A DNA stretch of 64,000 nucleotides from the NCBI RefSeq assembly GCF_030684315.1, contig NC_081367.1:62249414-62313413 (forward strand), read 5' to 3'. This stretch comes from Stegostoma tigrinum. Its lineage: Eukaryota. The notes under the pieces were generated by a model. That model saw only the letters and a program-made list of their open reading frames with translations. It searched no databases and was not told the origin of the DNA. Position numbers and translations under genes: made by a program. Of the stretch, positions 58,910 to 64,000 are shown piece after piece; position 1 is the stretch's first letter, and each line of letters opens with the position of its first letter.

Positions 58910-60415
58910 AAAGATAACAAGGTGTAGAGCTGGATGAACACAGCAGACCAGGCAACACCAGAGGAGCAGGAAAGCTGATGTTTTGGGTCTGGACTCTTCT
59001 TCAGAAATGGGGGAGGGGAAGGCGACACTGGAATAAATAGAGAGAGGTGGAGAGGTAATGATGGAAGGTGGATAAGAGAGCAGAAAGGTGGAGAGAAGAT
59101 GTGTAGGTCAAGGAGGCAAGGATGGAGCCAGTAAAGATTGGTGCCTCCGGAAGGCAGATAAGGGTGGGAAGGGAAAAATGTCCTTGGTAGTGGGGTCAGA
59201 TTGCATAGGGGCAGGTAGAGAGTTGGGATGGAGGTTGGTCAATTGAGGGAAGACGTAGAGGCCAAGGAAGCGGGGATGAGGTTGGTAGGTAGGAGGTGGG
59301 AGAGGTGGTAGGTCAGTGATGTGGGAGGAGTGGATAGGAGAAAAGATAGACAGGTCAAAGAGGCAGGGATGAGCTGGCCTGGTTTTGGGATGAGGTCAGG
59401 GGTGGGGAGATTTTGAAGCATGTGAAGTCCACATTGAGATCATTGAGCTGCAGGGTTCCCAAGTGAAATGGGAGGTGCTGTTCCTGCAGTCTTCGGGTGG
59501 CATTGTTGCGGCACTGGAGGAGGCCTAGGATGGACATGTCATCCGAGGAGTGGGAGGGGGAGTCGAAATGGTTCACGACTGGGAGGTGCAGTTGTTTGTC
59601 ACAAAACTAGCATAGGGGTTCCACAAAGCAGTTTCCAAGCCTCCGCTTGGTTTCCCCGAAGTAGAGGTCACCACATCAGGAATAACAGATACAATATACC
59701 ACATTAGCAGCTGTGCAGGTGATTATCTGTTTAATGTGGAAGGTTTTGTTGGGGCCTGGGATGGGGGTGAGGGGGGGAGGCATAGGGGCAGGTGTAGCAC
59801 TTCCTGCAGTTCCAGGGAGAAGCGCCAGAAGCAATGGGGCCAGTGGGGAGCATGGAGCAGACGAGGGAGTTATGGAGAGATTGGTGCCTCCGGAAGGCAG
59901 ATAAGGGTGGGAAGGGAAAAATGTCCTTGGTAGTGGGGTCAGATTGCATGTGGCAGAAGTGGCAGAGGATGATACATTGAATTTGGAGGTTGGTGGGGTA
60001 GTATATGAGGATGAGGGGGATTCTATCTTTGTTGCTTTTGCAGGGAGGATATGTGTGGGATGAATTGCAGAAAACATCAGAGATGCGGTTGATGGTGTTT
60101 TCGACCACTGTGGAGGGGAAATTGTGGTCCTTGAAAAACAAGGACATCTGGGATGTCTGGAATTGGAATGCCTCATCTTGGGAGCAGATGCAGCAGAGGA
60201 ATTGGGAATAGTGGTGGCATTCTTGCTGGAAGGTGGATGAGAAGAGGTGAATTCTAGGTAGCTGTGGGAGTCAGTAGACTTGAAAGAGATACCAGTTTCC
60301 AGGTGGTTGCCAGCGATGGAAACAGAGAGATCCACGGAGGAGAGAGAGGCATCAGAGATGATCCAGGTGAACTTGAGGCTGGGGTGGAAGGTGTTAGTAA
60401 TGTGAATGAACTGTT
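58910..60415 (-). mobile_element. Degenerate Penelope-like element (RT end + GIY-YIG + pLTR)
   Basis: MDLSVSI..NHLET..KSTDSHSYL, NVVYCIC, HFDSPSHSSDDMSILGLLQC. Confidence 0.85.
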
Positions 60416-61399
60416 CTTTGGTTTCTTTTCACTTTCTTTGGTTTTCTTTGTAAAATATGTGTGTAAATAATGAACATTCAATAATCCCAACATTGATAAT
60501 ATCTATTACCTGATTTAGGTAATGCGTGCCAATGATCCAGCATTGCATTATTGTATCTTTTCTGGTGTACCTTTGATGTTATACAATCTAACATTCATAA
60601 GAACAGATGTGTGAAAAATCAAATTCTAACCTGCGGTTTGACTGTAAATTATCTGGATGATAATTATTTTACAAATGTTTAATGTGAAAAATCAAATTTC
60701 TTTTTACTGTGACATTAATTTGTTTGAAATTTGCACTTTCGCTGTGCACAAACGCTTCTCTTCTTAAATGTGCCAGTGGAAAATTGGGATGGTTTGGTAA
60801 AGCGTAACAGTCCTCGTGATTAATTCACCAAATGCAACTCATACTCCACATCTTATGCCTCTTAGATTTTTAGAAGTCGATTTGCTTTTATGAATGATAA
60901 TCTACAGTCTCTTTTAGTGTCTACCTCTCTAATAGCTGTAGACCGATGAGGAAAGATATCAGGAAAATGAGAATATGTGATCATTATTATGATTAATTTA
61001 TGTTTAATGTGAACTGACAAAGGTGGATTTATAAAACTTATAATAAATGGAGAAGCAATATGTAACATCACAAATAATAAAATAGTAATTTAGATCCATT
61101 GAGAAATATGGAATTGGAAATAACAACAGAAAATGTAATGCGTAGCAATGGTTAACTTGGATGTTTCAATAATGTCTGAAAATCATGATACATTTCATCA
61201 GTTAAGATGAGCTAGATATGAGGAACAACCAAACTGTATCATGAGATTTAAGCAAATATATAGCCAAAAGATCAAGAAGTGATTTGATTTATTCCACTGG
61301 TATCAGGCCATTACAAATAGGAAGGGAAACTAAAGATAAACAAGGAACTATTTGTAGCATGTACACGGAAAAAGCAAATAAATTACATTGAGCTCAGGA

Positions 61400-62050
61400 A
61401 ACTTTTGTCTATCTGTTCCCTCTTTCCATCAACCTTCCTTCTACCAGTGTTTCTTTTTTCCCCCAGGTGGAGACCAATAAATTGTTCCAGCTATTATCAC
61501 TCACTATCATCACATTTGGTAGAGGACCTGTGAACTGTTCAGCTTCCTTGCTCAGTTCCCTCCATCAAAATTGCCACCTGCTGTTGGAGATCCCATTATA
61601 CGATTCCCTGCTTGAAACTTGCCATCATGCTGATTACACACAGCACGTAGTAACTGTGTTCTAAACAGATGCATAATTAACAGGTTCAATTATGCCACGA
61701 TAGTTAGATTATTCCAGCCCATATTAGTGGCAGTATTCTCTTGTTATCGCTGGTTTGATCAAATTGTAAAGGATGGAGTGAAATGTTGTCAGCCTCTTAT
61801 CTGCACTGGAATGTTCCATGGGTTTGAGCTGCTTTGGTGCATTATCCACACAGGGGTCCAGGTCAGTTAGTATTCCAGGAGTCACATGATCAGATGCATT
61901 TCTTCCCTTGGGTTCAGCTTTCTGTAAAGCCCTTCCTGCACCATTTTCTGGGCGGTGGGTAGGCTTCCAATGCATCCATTGGATTCACAACTCACTGGTT
62001 AGCCCATGATTCCTTCACTGCAACCTCTACGCATAACAATCGTGATGATG
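61400..62050 (-). mobile_element. Highly decayed LINE endonuclease-region remnant
   Basis: Weak resemblance of the minus-strand translation to the APE C-terminus. Confidence 0.4.
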
Positions 62051-62089
62051 CTGTGGGCAGAGGTGAAAACTACTGAAGATTAGTCCACC

Positions 62090-64000
62090 TTGGGAAAAAA
62101 ATTCATAATCTCCACTCTATAAGTGATCTTCACAATTTTATAAACTTCTATCAGGTTGTCCCTCAATCTCTAACATTATTGTGAAAACAAACCCAGATTA
62201 TCCAATCTTTCTTCATAGCTAAAATCCACCATACCAGGCGACATCATGGTAAACCTCTTCTGTACCCTTTCCAATGCATCCACATCCTTCTGATAGTGTT
62301 CTGACCAGAACTGTATGCGATATTCCAAGTGTGGTCAAACTAAATTTCTATAATGCTGCTGCATTATAATTTGTGTCTCCTTGTACTCAGTGCCACTTTC
62401 AATGAAGGCAAGCATGCCATAGGCCTTTTTTACTGCCTTACCTACCTGCACTACAATCTTCAGTGATCTGTGGACTCACACACGCAGATCCCTCTGCAAA
62501 TCAATGCTCTAAAGGTTTCTGCCAAACACTGTATAATTTCCACCTTCCAAAGTGTACAACTCATTTTTGTCTGGACTAAGCTCTAAATGCCATTTTTGTT
62601 TCCCAAACCTGCAATTTAGCTATATCCTGGTGTATCATCCGACAACCTCCTCACTGTCCACAACCATTGTATCATCCTTAAACTTACTAATTATACCAGC
62701 GCTGCTTTCCTCCAAATTACTTATGTAGACCATGAACAGCAAAGGCCCAGCACTGATCCCTGTGGAATACCATCAGTCACAGTTTTCCATTCTGATAAGC
62801 ATCCTTCCACTGCTACCCTCTGTTTCCTATGACAAAGCCAGTTCTGTATCTATCTTACCAGCTCACCCCTGATACCATGTGACTTCACCTTTTGTACCAG
62901 TGTGCCATGAGGGACCTTGTCAAAGGATTTACTGAAGTCCATGTAGACAACATCAACCACTTTTTCTTTCATCAATCATTTTCATCACATCCACAAAAAA
63001 CTCAATCAAGTTAGTGAGGCATGACCTCACCCACACGAAACCATGCTGGTTATCGCTAATCAATCCATTCACTTCTAAATGCATATACATCTTGTCTCTG
63101 AGAATCTTTTCCAATAATTTCCCTACCATCAGCATGAGGCTCACAGGACTATAATTTCCAGGATTATCCCCTCTACCATTCTTAAACAATGGGAAAACAT
63201 TGGCTATTCTCCAGTCCTCTGGGACCTCACCTGTAGCCAAAGAGGATACAAAGATGTCTGTCAATGCCCCAGCAATTTGTTCTCCTTCTTTCCTCAATAC
63301 TCTAGGCTAGATCTCATCAGGACCCAGGGACCTACTTACTTTAGTACTTCTTAAAACACATGCCACCGCTTCCTTTTTCACAGCAACTCAGCCCAGAAAT
63401 TCAACACTCCCTTCCCAAGATCATCCTCCACAAATTCCATCTCTTTGGTGAATATTGACACAAAATATTCATTTGGAACCACTTCTGGATGCAGACATAA
63501 GATTTCTTCCTTTGTCCTTGAGTGGGCCAACACTTTCCCTGGTTACCCTCTTGCTTTATAGATTGGTATAAAAAGCCTTGCCATTCTCCTTTATGCTGTT
63601 TTCTAATGACTTCTTATGACCACTTTTAACCTTTCTAATTCCTTGTTTACGTTCTTTCCTACTTTCATTATATACATCAAGGTCTTCATTAGTTCCTATC
63701 CTCCTGAACCTTATGAATGCTTCCTTTTACTTTTTGGCCAAAGTCATAACATCCCTAGTCATCCAAGGTTTATGTAACTTAACATACCTATCCTTCATTC
63801 TCTCAGGATCTCTTATCAACTGCTGCTTGTAATACTTCCATTTGTCTGATGTGGATTTGCCCTCAAACAGCCACTCCAGTCAACATTCTCCAGTTTGTGC
63901 CTAACATTGTTGTAGTTTGCCTTACCCTAATTTAACACTTTCACATGAGGACTGCTATCAACCCTATCCATGAGTATCTTAAAACTCACAGTATTCTGGT
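62090..64000 (-). mobile_element. CR1 LINE ORF2 remnant running off the window end
   Basis: EVPEDWRIANVFPLFK..PGNYSPVSL, QHGFVWVRSCLTNLIEFF. Confidence 0.9.

Overview
Eukaryotic genomic DNA from a cartilaginous fish (inferred from HE1/V-SINEs, CR1 LINEs with (TTCTATG)n tails and shark-type Penelope elements; possibly a carpet shark). The window is part of a V2R/OlfC (class C GPCR, 'CaSR-like') chemoreceptor cluster built from a ~22-25 kb tandem segmental duplication (about 7237-29716 and 29717-54770). Each unit holds one intact six-exon receptor gene (A: 8096-14755, 861 aa; B: 30588-38509, 873 aa) and a downstream V2R pseudogene of another subfamily (C, D). The rest is mobile DNA: a decayed Gypsy pol, CR1/L2 LINEs, SINEs, a pol-deleted class I endogenous retrovirus (gag, IN tail, env, 3' LTR), a solo LTR, and many Penelope-like (GIY-YIG) elements. 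The most notable hidden layer is a set of minimal hammerhead ribozyme motifs (CTGATGA-stem II-GAAACGTC) carried by the Penelope termini. Four copies are identical 30-mers, and several sit on the sense strand inside receptor introns and the gene B 3' UTR. All calls were made by eye; no database searches were run.
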